Shown here: positions 51,806 through 64,000 of the stretch, piece by piece
Position numbering within the stretch: position 1 is the first letter of the stretch
Layout of the letters: each line of letters opens with the position of its first letter
Origin: Monocercomonoides exilis PA203
Taxonomy: Eukaryota; Protista; Preaxostyla
Assembly: GCA_001643675.2 (NCBI GenBank)
Contig: LSRY02000005.1
Coordinates: 1,922,001 to 1,986,000 of the forward strand
DNA: 64,000 nt
Direction of reading: 5' to 3'
Notes under the pieces: generated by a model
Seen by the model: only the letters and a program-made list of their open reading frames with translations
Told to the model about the DNA's origin: nothing
Databases searched by the model: none
Translations under genes and position numbers: made by a program

Positions 51806-53157
51806 TCTGAGGGATTCTCAAAAGAAATTGTTATCTTTGGGGAGTGGAAAACATGGCAAATTTTTTAGCAGTGCTTCTAATTAACTTTTTTTCAAAATCT
51901 CAGTTTTCACAATCAATTCATGTTCCATCAGCATTTCTTTTGAAACCACAAATAATCCCCCAGTTCAACTCTTTCCTGCTGAATATGCTTCCGTTTCCCC
52001 AAGTGCAGTGAATTATTGTCTTTCTTCTATTCCATGCTTTCTGGATTCCTCATTGTTTGAACAATAAACAATCCAACACTACCTGTAAAGCCATTTCAAG
52101 CAACTTCCGAACTCCTTGAACACTGATTCATCAATATTGTGATTTTGAACAAAGTGAAAATGGATTTCTCAACTTGTTCATCACATTTGTCCAAGGAATA
52201 ATGAGATAAGAACAATCTTCTTTCATTCAGAAAAGATGCTTCTGAGATTTCAAAAAAAGAGATCCTGATCTCTGAAAAGATTAAACAAACTCAGTGATTG
52301 CAAAGTGTAAATATTTCAATCAAATTGGGAGGTTTCGAAATCCAGATATTAAAAATACCCCGTTGAATGATTTATTTCATTGAGAAAGAAGAAATCAGAA
52401 AAACAAACAAAAAGCACAAACGTTCTCATGTTCACAAAAACCCTCGTTGATTGTCTTTGAGAAAATTTCTCTCAATATCTGTATTTCTCGAATAACAAGT
52501 GCATTTTCAATTTTTTTTCTTGGAAAATTTGTTTGGAGTTTTTCCCCATTCTTTCACTTCTTTCATCAATACCATTCCACAAGGAAACAAAACATGAACA
52601 AAAGAATATTTTTTTCATTTCAAATTCCTTTCAATTATTTATTTTTCTTTTTTTCACTTGTTTTTTCACATTTCATCGTTTTTTGCATTATTTTCTGAAA
52701 AAAATAATTAGTATTGAGATTATCAATGTTTTTTGGGCCTTTTCATGAAATAAAACAAACAGACTCATTTCACAGAATAATCACATCCTGCCATTGAGAA
52801 TGTCGATTCTTCTGCAAAAGCCATTCTGCTTTTCTTGAAATAAAAGTTATCTAAATTTTCAATTTGTATTGGTTGAAATAACTTCCAATTCTGCTTTTAT
52901 GAAATAAAAGCACATCATTAGATCAACAAGTCGCATCCGCAAATACGCACAACGCTGAATATCCGAATCACGCTGAATCCTGATATATGTTCGTAGGTAT
53001 CAGCACAGCTGCATCATTTCCTTTTCACAACTCAACAAAATACAAACACAAATTCTTTCAATCGGCTTCAGCCAATATCCCCAATTCCAAATTTTCTCTC
53101 GAATGCCTGAAACAGATGCCAAAATGTTGTTGAAAGCAGCGGATTCGCTGGCGATTA

Positions 53158-56100
53158 CTACTCAACCAGCGTTTGAGTTGTTGTCTTGCTGCTTTTCTTT
53201 GTCGAGCAGCTGCCATTGTTGCATTCGCTGCAGTTTGACTCCATCGCAAGGTCGATTGCATCAGAAACTGTGAAGTTGCATGCGTTTTGAGGGAAAAGCC
53301 GAATGCACTCACTTTTCAGAAATACAAGAGACGGTCTGTCTGACACCGTCGATGAAAGCATGCTCTGCACCAGTTTTGTGAGCTTGGAGTCTTGAATCGT
53401 GTCTGTGCTCGGCCTCTCCCCGTTTGCGATCTTCTGCCCTGCCACTTCCCCTTCATACTCCCCAAACGGGATCTGCAGCGTCAGGCACTCCCACAGCATC
53501 ATCCCAATCGAGAACACAACCGATTCCTTGGTTGCTTCCATCTTCTTGTTCATCAGCAGCTCTGGTGCTTTCCATCTCAAAAACTCTTTTCTGTTGTTCT
53601 CATCATCCTCAAAGGCAGATGATGGAGGTGGAGAATCGGTGAATCTTTCGCTCATCAATGAAATATTGGACGAAGAAGAAACAATTGTCAATGAAGAGAT
53701 CGACGATGAGTCTGAACTATCATTAGAAGAACAGTCTGAGTGCATCGCAATGCAAATAACCATGTGTTCGGAGAATAGCACAATGTGAGGACTGAGATTG
53801 GCAAGTGAAGAAAGAGGATTTTCCATTTCATCAAATGAATGAAGAGCTCCGTTTGCCACCCAGAACAGGATTTGGGCAGCTGTTTGCTCCCTCTCTTGCA
53901 GAGTACCAATTGCCATCTCCTTTTTCTCGTTCCTCCCATGCAGGAGCATGAACAAAGAATCCCTCAAGTCAACAATCAGCTTCTCATGAGGAGATGAACA
54001 GGCCATTGCATCCACCAGATTCGACATCGAAGAGGTGGTTGGGCACAGATCCTCACCCCGAACAAATGTTGAATCTGAATCAGTCGTGGATGTGGATGAA
54101 ATGGAAGGAGAAGGTGTTCTCTTTCTTTTCTCTTCTTCTTCCTTCTCATCAACCTTCTCCAGCATCCATTCAGGAATCTTGTCTGAATCTTTTCCCAATA
54201 TATATTCAGTGGAGCCACTCTCAGATAGAAGATACTCTTCAGACTCTGAATGCACCATCTCCTTTCCATTTATTCTTTTCTTTATCTTCTCTTCGTTTTT
54301 CTTTTCTGCCTCTTTCTCTGCTCTTCTCCACTGCGCCTCAGGTGACATCTCCATTGTCACCATCTCAATCAGTTTCGGATCCTTCTTCACTGTATCGTTC
54401 ACAATCTCTCTCAGATCTTTATTCTCATTCTTTGCTCTTCTCCATCTTACAGCCAAAACAATTGACACAATCAAAACAATCAAGAACAACACAGCCAATA
54501 TAACAACAATTATTGGCCATCTCGATTTTCCTTCATTTCCTCCTTCAACAATCCTTTCATCACCTTTTGGCTCAATCTCACTTCTGTTCTTCAGAATGAA
54601 TGAATTTGTTGTTGAAGGAGATTCTGCATTCCCAAACAGAATGCACACACTCACCTCAACATCATTTCCACAACTGCTGATGAAATCTTTTGCCACGCTC
54701 CCTTCAACTTCTCTTTCAGACAAAAACCCGTTTGAACCAAAATTATAATGTTCAATCTCTTTCTCTTCTCCCCTTTTCTTCACAACTGAGAATGACAGAT
54801 TGCAAGGAACAAGAAGCATCCCTTTGAATGTCAGCTTCATTCTATCTGTCTCTTCTTTTGCTTCCACACTATCAAGAACTGGAATAAAGAATGATGAACC
54901 CCTCTCTGAAACAATCCCTTCAAAACTACATCCATTATTCAACATCCAAAGTGAAGTGTTTGGCAAAACTCCATCTCCACCTTTCAAACTCATCACATTC
55001 AATGTTCCTGAATCCGAGCAAATGATATTTCTTCTCAGCGATGGATATCCTTCAATAGTTGGATCATTGTTTTCAAATAACCCCATTTCTATTTTCACAC
55101 TTCCTCCACTCATTGTTATTCCCCCTTCAGCTGAATTTGAGATTGTTGCATCTTTCATCATCACAAAACTCTTCACAACATCCACGACAGATCCAGACCA
55201 TCGGCATATATCATCTTTGGCATTCAAATTCTTTTCATTTCTTTTATTTGAACTTCCATCAAATATGCAATTATCTATTTTCACATCCACGCAATTCTCC
55301 AATTTCATCAATTTTCCTTTTGTGGTCTTTGAACTGACTCCACCCATTGTGCAATTTGTCAACTGAATTGCCTTTTTCATTGACAAGCAAGATATTAATG
55401 ATTCTTCATTTCCTTCAACTGTGATATTTTCTGTATTGAAATCCTTAATTGTTAATTGCCCGCATTCATTAATCTCAATAAGAGAAGTTTTAATTGTTGA
55501 ATTGCAGATCTCAAATGAATCAATCACTGATGGAAGCGGTGATGAAAGAGATAATGCAGATTTATGAAGAATGAGATTATTCACTTTGCATTCCATAAGT
55601 TGCAATTCTCCTTTTTCCATATTTATAAGATGAAATGGAATGATTGCTAATTCTATATTTCCATCTTCTGCTAATTGTTTTGTTGTGAAAGAGCAATTCA
55701 TTATCTCAAGAATCCCTCCCTCTGGTGATATCAGTGATTCATGTGAAGAGATGAAATTTGAATCAAGCACAAAATTCATTCTCACCAATGAGATTATTCC
55801 TGCTGTTGTTATCAATGCCTCCTTTGCTTTTTCAATCTCTGATTTCACTTCAACTTTGCACATCTCTCTGGTCTTTGAACTCAAGCTCATTTCTTCCAAA
55901 TTTATCTCTTCACGAATCACACTCTCCTCAACAATGAACATCAGACTTACGAAATCTGAAGTCAGATGCATCAACCCATTATCAATCGAATGGCATGGAA
56001 GTGTGTTTGTCCCGCATTGCCTCTCATTCGATCCATTCACACTGCTCACAATGATTGTATCACTCTGATGAATCGTTACAAAATCAATCAGATCTGTATC

Positions 56101-59100
56101 TTCTTTGTGTTCACAACCATCAATTCCATATATCGCATTCATCCTCGAATAATGTCCCTCTCGAAGATCAAATCGGAATTGGCTTTCATTGATCTGCGAT
56201 GTGATGTTGAAGCATTCAATGAAAATATCATTTCCAACTTTTGCTGTGTTTGCACTGAATTTCATTCCCACAAATGTGAAATTAAGAAACCCTGTTTCCT
56301 TTGTTGCCAAATACACCCCTCCTCCTTTCCCATTTGTGCAGCTGCAATGACTGATTGTTGATTCAATCATCTTCATTGATCCAGATGCACCCAATGTGAA
56401 GAATATGGCTCCTCCTTTTTCACCCAATTCTGCTTTGCCTTCTGTGATGTTGCTCTCATTGATAACCAGACAAATCTTATTCTCACCCTTTGATTCCAAA
56501 ATGCTCGCTCCATTGTCACTTCTCTTCACTCCTGAAAATGATGATTTGTTAATCTCAATATTCACATATTCTTCACCTCCTTCATTTATCTTTGTTGTTG
56601 ATTCTGATTTCTTGATCGATAAAATGCAACCTCCACTTTCATTCAACGATTTCATTTGAATATTCATCAAATTGCAAGTAATTCCAGCATCATTAATTGC
56701 AAAAATACTGTTTCCAACATTGCATGATTCTATCAACAAATCATTCACGTCTACAACGCCTCCAATTGCATCCACAAATACACAATCAAATTCATCGTTC
56801 ACTCTTGCTTCTGAATGGAATGAGCATGCAGATAATACTAAATCGCCAGCTCTGTTCGATATTACTGTTTTGGCTGAGTTGTCAAATCCTGATGTCAGTC
56901 GGAGTTGAATGTTGGACAACTCAAGATGAATATTATTTTCCATGAAATATTCCAATTTGTTTCCAATTGCCTTTTCAAAATTCAAAGTTGCTTTTGCATT
57001 CTCTTCTCCCATTGATGGAGCCTTTTTGATCAAATAATTGGACACATTGAATGAATCTCGAATGAAAGTTGATCCTTCAATCTGAATTGTTTTCTTTCCA
57101 GACTCCTTTTTCATGTTTTCCATCCCTTTCCACATCGTGAAGCATGGCTCTTCCTCACTTCCACAACGTGCAATATCAAATCCACTTGATGAGATAAATA
57201 TCTCAGTTGAGCTATATGAAACAAGGAACATAAACAAATCCTTTTCTTGATGAAAATCATCACTTCCAACAAACAGAGTTTTATCATTTATCATTGATGA
57301 ATAATTGATCTTGAATGAATCATTTGTCACTGAATTATTAAAATCCTTTCCCAAAATGAACACATTCTTTCCATTGGATGCTTTGTTGTTTGAAAATGAA
57401 ACGTTTTCAAAAAGAAATGGCTTTTCATTGGAACAAGCATGACAATCCATATACAAAAACCCACCTTTTCCATTGCCTGATGAAAGTGAGCAAGATGATG
57501 CATTTGTTGATTTAATCTCCAGTTTTTCATTCCCTTGCAATGCCACTCTTGCAACACCTCCTTCTTCGCTGCCGTTATTTTCAATATTTGAAAAGTTGCT
57601 GTTTTCAAACAAAACGGAAGAAGATATCATCAATGGAGATTCACCAAATGAGGAGTCATCCAAACTGCATCCTTCCATTGTGCAATTCAACAGTTTCACT
57701 CTGAATTCGTCTTCGCTCTCTCCTTCTTCCACAGTTCCTGATGAAGGAGAAATTGAAAACAGCGCAACTGATGACTTCAAATCTGAAATCGTGACAGAGT
57801 CCAGCTCAACCATTTTCCCTGTTGATCTGATCAAGGAAAATCCAATTGTGCTTCCCTTCCCTCCAATCACGCTGATCGCGCAGTTCTTCATGTGCAACTC
57901 TCCATTTTGAGTGCCAGACTCGATCACCGATGTGATTGTTCTGTTAAACCCTGATAGAACAATAATCCCAATGAACTCCATTTCTGTCAGCGATTCTGAT
58001 TTCAGAACACATTCTTCAGAACCACTCACTTCTCTTTGGCATTCAACACCCACAATTGTCTCGGATTTTGCTTTCACGTTCATTCCTCCAACATCCAAGC
58101 ATCCTGTTACAGATGAATTTGCACATAGAATAATCTCCTGTTTTCTATTCAGCGTTCTCTTCAAACGCCCCATTCCATAATTCACATTCAAACATGGTGC
58201 CTTTTCCAGCCCACAATACACTTCCTCCACTCCAGATGTTCCATCCACATATATTGCGTCAGAAAAGAAACCTTCGAAGAATATGAATAAATCGACATCA
58301 AAATTACTGAATGCTTCTGTTTTGTCATGCCCAGCAACTTAGTTGTCTTTCTGAGTTATGCTTCTCATGAAGGCAAACAAGGGCTCTTTCACAGAAGCGA
58401 CAAGGGACTCACACACATAATACACATCTCTTCCGACTCTCGCCTTGTTCTCTGAAAACATGATATTGTTGATGGAAAAGGAGGATTCTGACACTTCTGA
58501 ATCATCATTGTACTCGATTATGAGAGCACCACCTCTTCCTCCAGAACTTGTATCCTCGCTCACACAACAGCTGGAGAAGGCGGTGTCACTCACAGAAAAT
58601 GAGTTGGCAGGGGAAGATGAGGCGAATGAGATGCACCCACCATTGGTGGCAGTCTGTTGGTTCAGCTGTTCTGAGTTGATGCTGTTCATTTTGCAGTTGG
58701 TGAGGGAGAGGGAGAGGGCAGGGGAGGTGGCAGAGGAGAGGACACAGCTGGCGGGGGTGGCTGTGGAGGTGATGTGGGTGATGTTGGAGGAGTTGAGAGT
58801 GAGGGGAGCGATGAGGGAGGTGAGGTGGAAGATGCTTTGGCTGTTGAGGGGGAGACTGGTGATTGCTGTGTGGTTGAGGGCGAGGGAGCCAGCAGTGAGG
58901 AAGAAGAGGGGGGTTGTGATTGACGATGAAGATGGGGTTGTTCCAGTGATGGTGGTTGTGTTGAGGTTGAGGGAAGGAGAGTTTTCGGAGAGGTGGAAGA
59001 GGATGGGGGTGATGGTGTTTGTGGAGTTGTGGGTGATGGCGAGGGCAGAGACTGTGAGGGAGCCCTGGGTCTGTTGGAAGAGGGCAGAAGAGGAAAATGG

Positions 59101-61221
59101 ATCGAGAGATGATGTTGATAATGAAGAAAATGAAGAAAATGATGATGCTGATTGTGATGAGTGTGAATGTGAGATTGGTGGTTGAGGAATGCCATTGGAG
59201 GCGATGGTTGTTGTGGATATTCCATTTCCAGTGATCTTTGTATTTGGGGCACGGAAGATTAGTGTTTGAGCGGGAGTGAAAGTGGAGCTGAGAAGAGAGA
59301 GGGAGGCATCGCTGAAGGGAGCAATGCATCCGAGGGCATACTCCACGGTTGCGCATGGGCTTTGCTGTGTTTTGCCACAGGCATCGACATCACTTCCGCC
59401 ATTTGCAACGATTTTGTTCTGGTTGATGATTGGAAGCCAGCTGTTGTACTCAGAGTTTGATGCAGTTTTATTATTCCACACTCTATATTCCAGGGTTGTT
59501 GATCCACAGTTCTCGAATGGGGATTGAGTGATATTACTTCCACTAAAGAACACATCGTTTCCTCTTCCATCAGTAGCAGTGTTACCATCGAAGAAGCAAA
59601 AAGAGATGAATTTCAGCCCACTCATCCAAGTGAAACTATTTGTGAAACATAGAGCAGCTCCTCCATAAGTGGAAGAAGAGTTCAATTTATTATTTATAAA
59701 CTGACAATCATTTACCAAAAACTGATTTGGTTTAACTCGTGGAGGCCAATGAAATGTTAGAGCACCAGCAGAATCACCACCGGAATTTGAAATGCACTTG
59801 CATTTGGAAAACCGGAATTGGCAGGTTAAGGTCATGTTTTCGATCCAGAAATACCAGCCAGTTCCACACCAATCAGTTATTGAACAATTTTCAACCATGT
59901 TTTCTGAGAATGACCAATCAGAATTTGATTGCGGAGCATACACTTCAACTGCACCTCCATGAAAAGCAGAGCAACTTGTGAAATTGGATTTCGTGATACC
60001 TATGTTTAGCAAATATGCACATAATAACGCTCCGCCTTGGCCATCATCTGTGCAAGAACATTTATTGAATGAACAAGAAGCTATAGAGAGATTTGCATTT
60101 ATCCGATTCACAGCAAGTGCACCACCAGATGAAGATCCACCATTTGAGTCATTCCATTCGCACCACTCAAAGCGATGGCTGTTTTCATCGAATGAAGCCA
60201 GTCTGCCTGGTGTTTTTCTTTGAGATTCTGTTCCAATATGAACCACAGCAGCATTTTGTGAAGAACGTGTTTGGTGGAGGAAAGAAGCATTGAAGGCAGA
60301 GAGAGAAGTTGTTGGGCTGTTGAGGTCGGGGAGGATGGCACCATCGATTGGGTTGAAGGTGTGGAGGAAGATGGTTGAGTGGATGGAGAGAGAGGAACGA
60401 AGAGAGAAGAAGGGGATTGTGTTTGTGTTTGTGTTTGTGTTTGTGTTTGTGGTGGTTGTGGTGGTTGTGGTGGTGGTGAATGAGTTGTGTGTGTGTGTGG
60501 ATTTGGCAGGAATGGTGTGTGTGGATTGTGGTGTAGTGGTGATGTTTGTGAAGAGTGTATCCGAGAGGTGGAGATCGAAGTGGATTTGGAGACGAAGATG
60601 GAGAAGGGAAGAAGAAGAAGATAATAAAGGAGAAAAAAGGAAGGGATTGCGAAGGGAGATGAAAGAGGAGAAAGAGGAATGGGAGATGGAGAAAGAGGCA
60701 GGGATTGGAGAGTGTGCATCTGGGAGGAGATTTTGAGGAAGAGAGAAGAGGGGGAAGGAGATGATGGCTGGTTGAGGAATGGGGAGGGAGAAGTTGGTGA
60801 GAGAAAGGGAGCTGTGAGAAGAGAGGAAAAGTGGGTGGCTGGCATCCGCGTGGATTCGGCAGGTGGAGGAGAAAATGGTGCATGACGAGTGATACTGGGC
60901 AGCGAGGAATGCACAGCCACTGAGAGGTTCCATGACGAGATCGCTCACACACAACGATGCATTGATGATATTCACACTTGTTCGAGCACAACTGACACGA
61001 TCGCCTGGTGAGAATATGACTTTTGCTGCACCTACGCCATTTTTATTGTAGTATTTGTTGCTGCTGTTCTTAATGCTGATCGTGCTTTCTGGCATCTCCC
61101 AATTCGTTTCTTGTTGATTTTGTTTTTCAGCAATGCTTCTGTCATTGCCGCAATTAACAACAACAAATATCAGAGCAACAATATTGAATGCAGCTTTTGC
61201 GCTGGTGGAGAACCTCGCCAT
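53158..61221 (-). pseudogene. Giant receptor-like gene: signal peptide, tandem right-handed beta-helix (Pmp/pectin-lyase-like) modules, single TM helix, C-terminal pseudokinase; one in-frame TAA at 58339-58341
   Basis: The 960-aa and 1696-aa ORFs are in the same frame (..QKDN*VAGHDKTEAF..AIYVDGTSG). Four CGxxxxPC caps, GGA(I/L/V) and FxxNxAxxGxDV motifs; TM WPIIVVILAVLFLIVLIVSIVLAVRWRR; kinase C-lobe RWKAPELL..VFSIGMMLWECLTLQIPF..RPS. No introns. Confidence 0.85.
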
Positions 61222-61869
61222 GGAAGAAGATGAAAGAAAAAACTGAAAACAAAAATTCCTGCGCCCAATATATTTATATTATCTATTTAAAATCAGTTTA
61301 TTTGACACATCTGAAAATGAATAAATCGATTTTCCTAAAATATCATAAAAAAATATCGATTTTTGAATAATAAATGGTTGTTTTATTTATCACTTTTGAA
61401 GAGATAAATTTGTGAATTATTGAAAAAATTAATGACAAATTATTATTTATTGAGTTTTGTTTTATTTGTTGAATAGAAAATGATAACAGATTTATTTTTA
61501 TTTCTATATGAAAGGTGAGTTGAAATCAAATTGCAACAATGACAATCTCTAATGGAAAAGTTCATTTTCGAAAATCATTAAAGACAATTTTCTTTGTGAA
61601 ACTGTTGAAAAGCAAAATCATCTCTTTTTTCATTTTTCCCTTCACATCAATCAATCATAATACATAACCGTTTTTGAAACCTGTGATTTAATTCGGACTG
61701 TTGATTTCTCAAACAGTTGAAGGCAACATGAAATTGTTGAGATAGAATAATCAAAATAAAGAATGAAAAGATATCTGTGGTTCATATCAGCAGAGGAATT
61801 AATATGGAACATTGTCAGCTTTGATGAAAGGTTTCAATGAAATGTTTTTATCAATGAAGTAGTTTGATT

Positions 61870-62670
61870 GGATGAAATAACTGCCAAAAGCAATCGATTC
61901 ATCAAATCCTGCAATGGTGAGTGTGAAAAATGATGATGGAAGAGTGACAGAAGAAATGGATGCCAACAAGGTACTTGTATCATTTCGGCTCAGATGGTGA
62001 AAAGCAAAAGAAGAATTTCATGAAAACAGAAAAAATGAAAAAGATAAATTAATGAGATATCCAACATTCAAAAGTTGCATTGTTTTCATGGAATGATAAC
62101 GATTACAAAAGAAGGATTTCAGGACTGCTTAACTCAAATTGTTTCTTTTCTTATAATGCGAAAAAGTGAATAAATCATATTGTTTGTTGCTTTCTTCATT
62201 CACTTTGTGTTGAAACTGTTTTTTCATGTGAGTTTCTCCAGGCTGTTCCTCCTTCACACTTCCGGATGCTTAAAAAACAAGTGTTTCTTTCTTTCCATTT
62301 CTAAAGAAACATTCCCTTGTCTATTTCTTTTGTCCTTTGAATATTTTTCATTTCTGAAACAATGGATTTCTCTTCCAGATGAATTTTATTAATTGATTGG
62401 AATTAACGTTCCATCTCAAATGTTTGACTTTTTTCTTTGTTGTTGGGGTGGACCTTCACAAATTGTTTTTGTTCACAACAAAAAAGATATTTCTCATTTC
62501 ATGAAAAAAGAAAACGAAATTGTTTTTATCACCAGCAACAATAATCCTTTGTTATTCATCTCTCGAAAGGCTCTTCTTCTATTCTGTTCATTTTCCAATT
62601 TGTTATTTCGATCTCAATCGAAGTTTGCCTTCCATTGTTTATTTTTTTCCTTTCAACTTCTTTGAGTGAA
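61870..62670. repeat. Dispersed ~0.8-kb repeat, copy 2 (direct repeat of 47220-48030)
   Basis: See copy 1. ORF-track fragments 47523 and 62180 are visibly homologous. Confidence 0.85.
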
Positions 62671-63116
62671 GAGATAAGAATTGAAAGAAAATTGTGCAAT
62701 CATCAATCTTTATTGACACTAGCTTGAATATGCCTTTCAGAAACAAGCAATTTTTAACTTTTTCAACAATGTTGTTTTCTCATTTTCCTATTCTCTTCAA
62801 ACATATTCACTTCTTTAATCAGAGAGTGCACTCTTCAAAGAAAAACAAATTCTTCATTGATGAATTTTTAATATCCTCTTTTTGAATTATTGTTGATTTG
62901 ATCCGAAATGGAAAAGTATGTTTCTTTTCTAGTCTTTTGAGTCATGCTATTTCAATGTGCTCTCTTTTGCATTATTTATAACAAATCAAATCGTTTGAAA
63001 TGAAATTGACCCTTTTTCATTCTTCCAGACAACCTACAATGTTTTGTTTTCTTATCACTTTATTTGATTGACAAACTGTTTTTGAAAAACACGAATATCA
63101 CTGGATTATATTCAGA

Positions 63117-64000
63117 ATGAAAGGGTGTGAAGGTAATCGATATGAAGGCAGAGCTGTGGAGAATATTACAAAGGAAAGGTTTTCAAGTTTGCAATGTTTT
63201 CTCTTTTGATCAAATTTTCGATTCCTATTGTTCTTTTGATGTTTTTTGAAGAGCACCTCCATGAGTTGGAGCATTGTTCAGAAATGGAGCAGAAGCAGAA
63301 AATTAAAGAGATGAATGAGATGATGGACAAAATGGACGAAAACGAATCGCATTGTGTTTTGACGAATGAAGAATTCAAAGAAATCGACAAAATGATTGAA
63401 GAAAAGAAATTGTCTTTAGAAAATGCAATTTTGTTATTAAAGCAATTGGGGTATCTTAAAACGTTGAAATGCATGTACAGCTCATTCTTTGAAATGTTTT
63501 CACTAATCGAAAGATTTGAAAGGTTGATAATCGAAAAAGAAAAGAAGAAAGAAGAAAAGAATGAAAAAATATTTGTTGATATCTGTGAAAGCTATCTTTT
63601 GCTTGGAAGGTGGTTTTCATCTGAATTGCTTTCGATTTGCATTCCTTGTCTTTTGAAAGTTGCTTTGAAGAAAGAGGAAAACGAGGAAACACAAAAAGAA
63701 GTGGAAATGGCTCTGCTGGCTTTAAGTTGTATTGAATATTGGAATGTGTGATTTATTCGTTCATTTTATATATTTGCTGATGGTTTTGAATTTTTCTCTC
63801 GTTTTAAAAAAGGAAATAGAACAAGGATTGTTTTTGAATGAAATCAAAATAATTATTCAATATCATCAGGAGCATCACAACCTGACACGACTTGCCTATC
63901 AATCAGCTTGGAGGTTTTTAATGATTTTGTATAGGAATGAGGAAAGTTTGGAAAGATTGATTGTGAATGAGCTGAATTTTGTGAAGGAAGCAACAAGAGA
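63117..64000 (+). CDS. Lineage-specific multicopy helical protein, paralog of 5758-7343 (3' partial; start uncertain)
   Basis: ELEHCSEMEQKQKIKEMNEMMD...CIPCLLKVALKKEENEETQKEVEMALLAL|...IIQYHQEHHNLTRLAYQSAW, with the same intron position as the first copy. Confidence 0.8.

Noticed and set aside
51810-52440. Additional transposase or gene relic
   Set aside because: Coding-like composition, but stops occur in all frames examined and no motif was recognised.
47220-62670. LTR retrotransposon
   Set aside because: No gag/RT/integrase inside, no TG..CA ends, PBS or TSD seen; the repeats are highly diverged.

Overview
AT-rich, intron-dense eukaryotic genomic DNA in the standard genetic code. Short GT-AG introns (frequent GTTTG/GTATG/GTGTG donors), extreme Ser/Glu low-complexity insertions and the gene families present suggest an oxymonad (Metamonada), probably Monocercomonoides; this is inferred from sequence style, not a database hit. 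The left edge holds a PHD-finger gene and LSM4 head-to-head. A housekeeping core (~11.5-46.2 kb) encodes Ap4A phosphorylase, DUF1295, an ARM/SPRY-like protein, GCFC2/PAXBP1, RPAP2, cathepsin B, FKBP15, Tho1/MOS11-like and an EF-hand protein. It is flanked by two accessory islands. The left island (~1.8-11 kb) has decayed genes, a lineage-specific helical-repeat gene, an intron-containing Merlin (IS1595-type) transposase pseudogene, and a TA-flanked non-autonomous element carrying a tRNA-like Pol III cassette and telomere-like motifs. The right island (~46.8-64 kb) has a complete pogo/Tc5-type transposon, a 258-bp MITE family, a ~1.27-kb foldback element, and a ~2,690-codon beta-helix/TM/pseudokinase receptor-like gene interrupted by one TAA; this block is bracketed by ~0.8-kb direct repeats. 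Exon coordinates were worked out by eye and are approximate; no searches were run.
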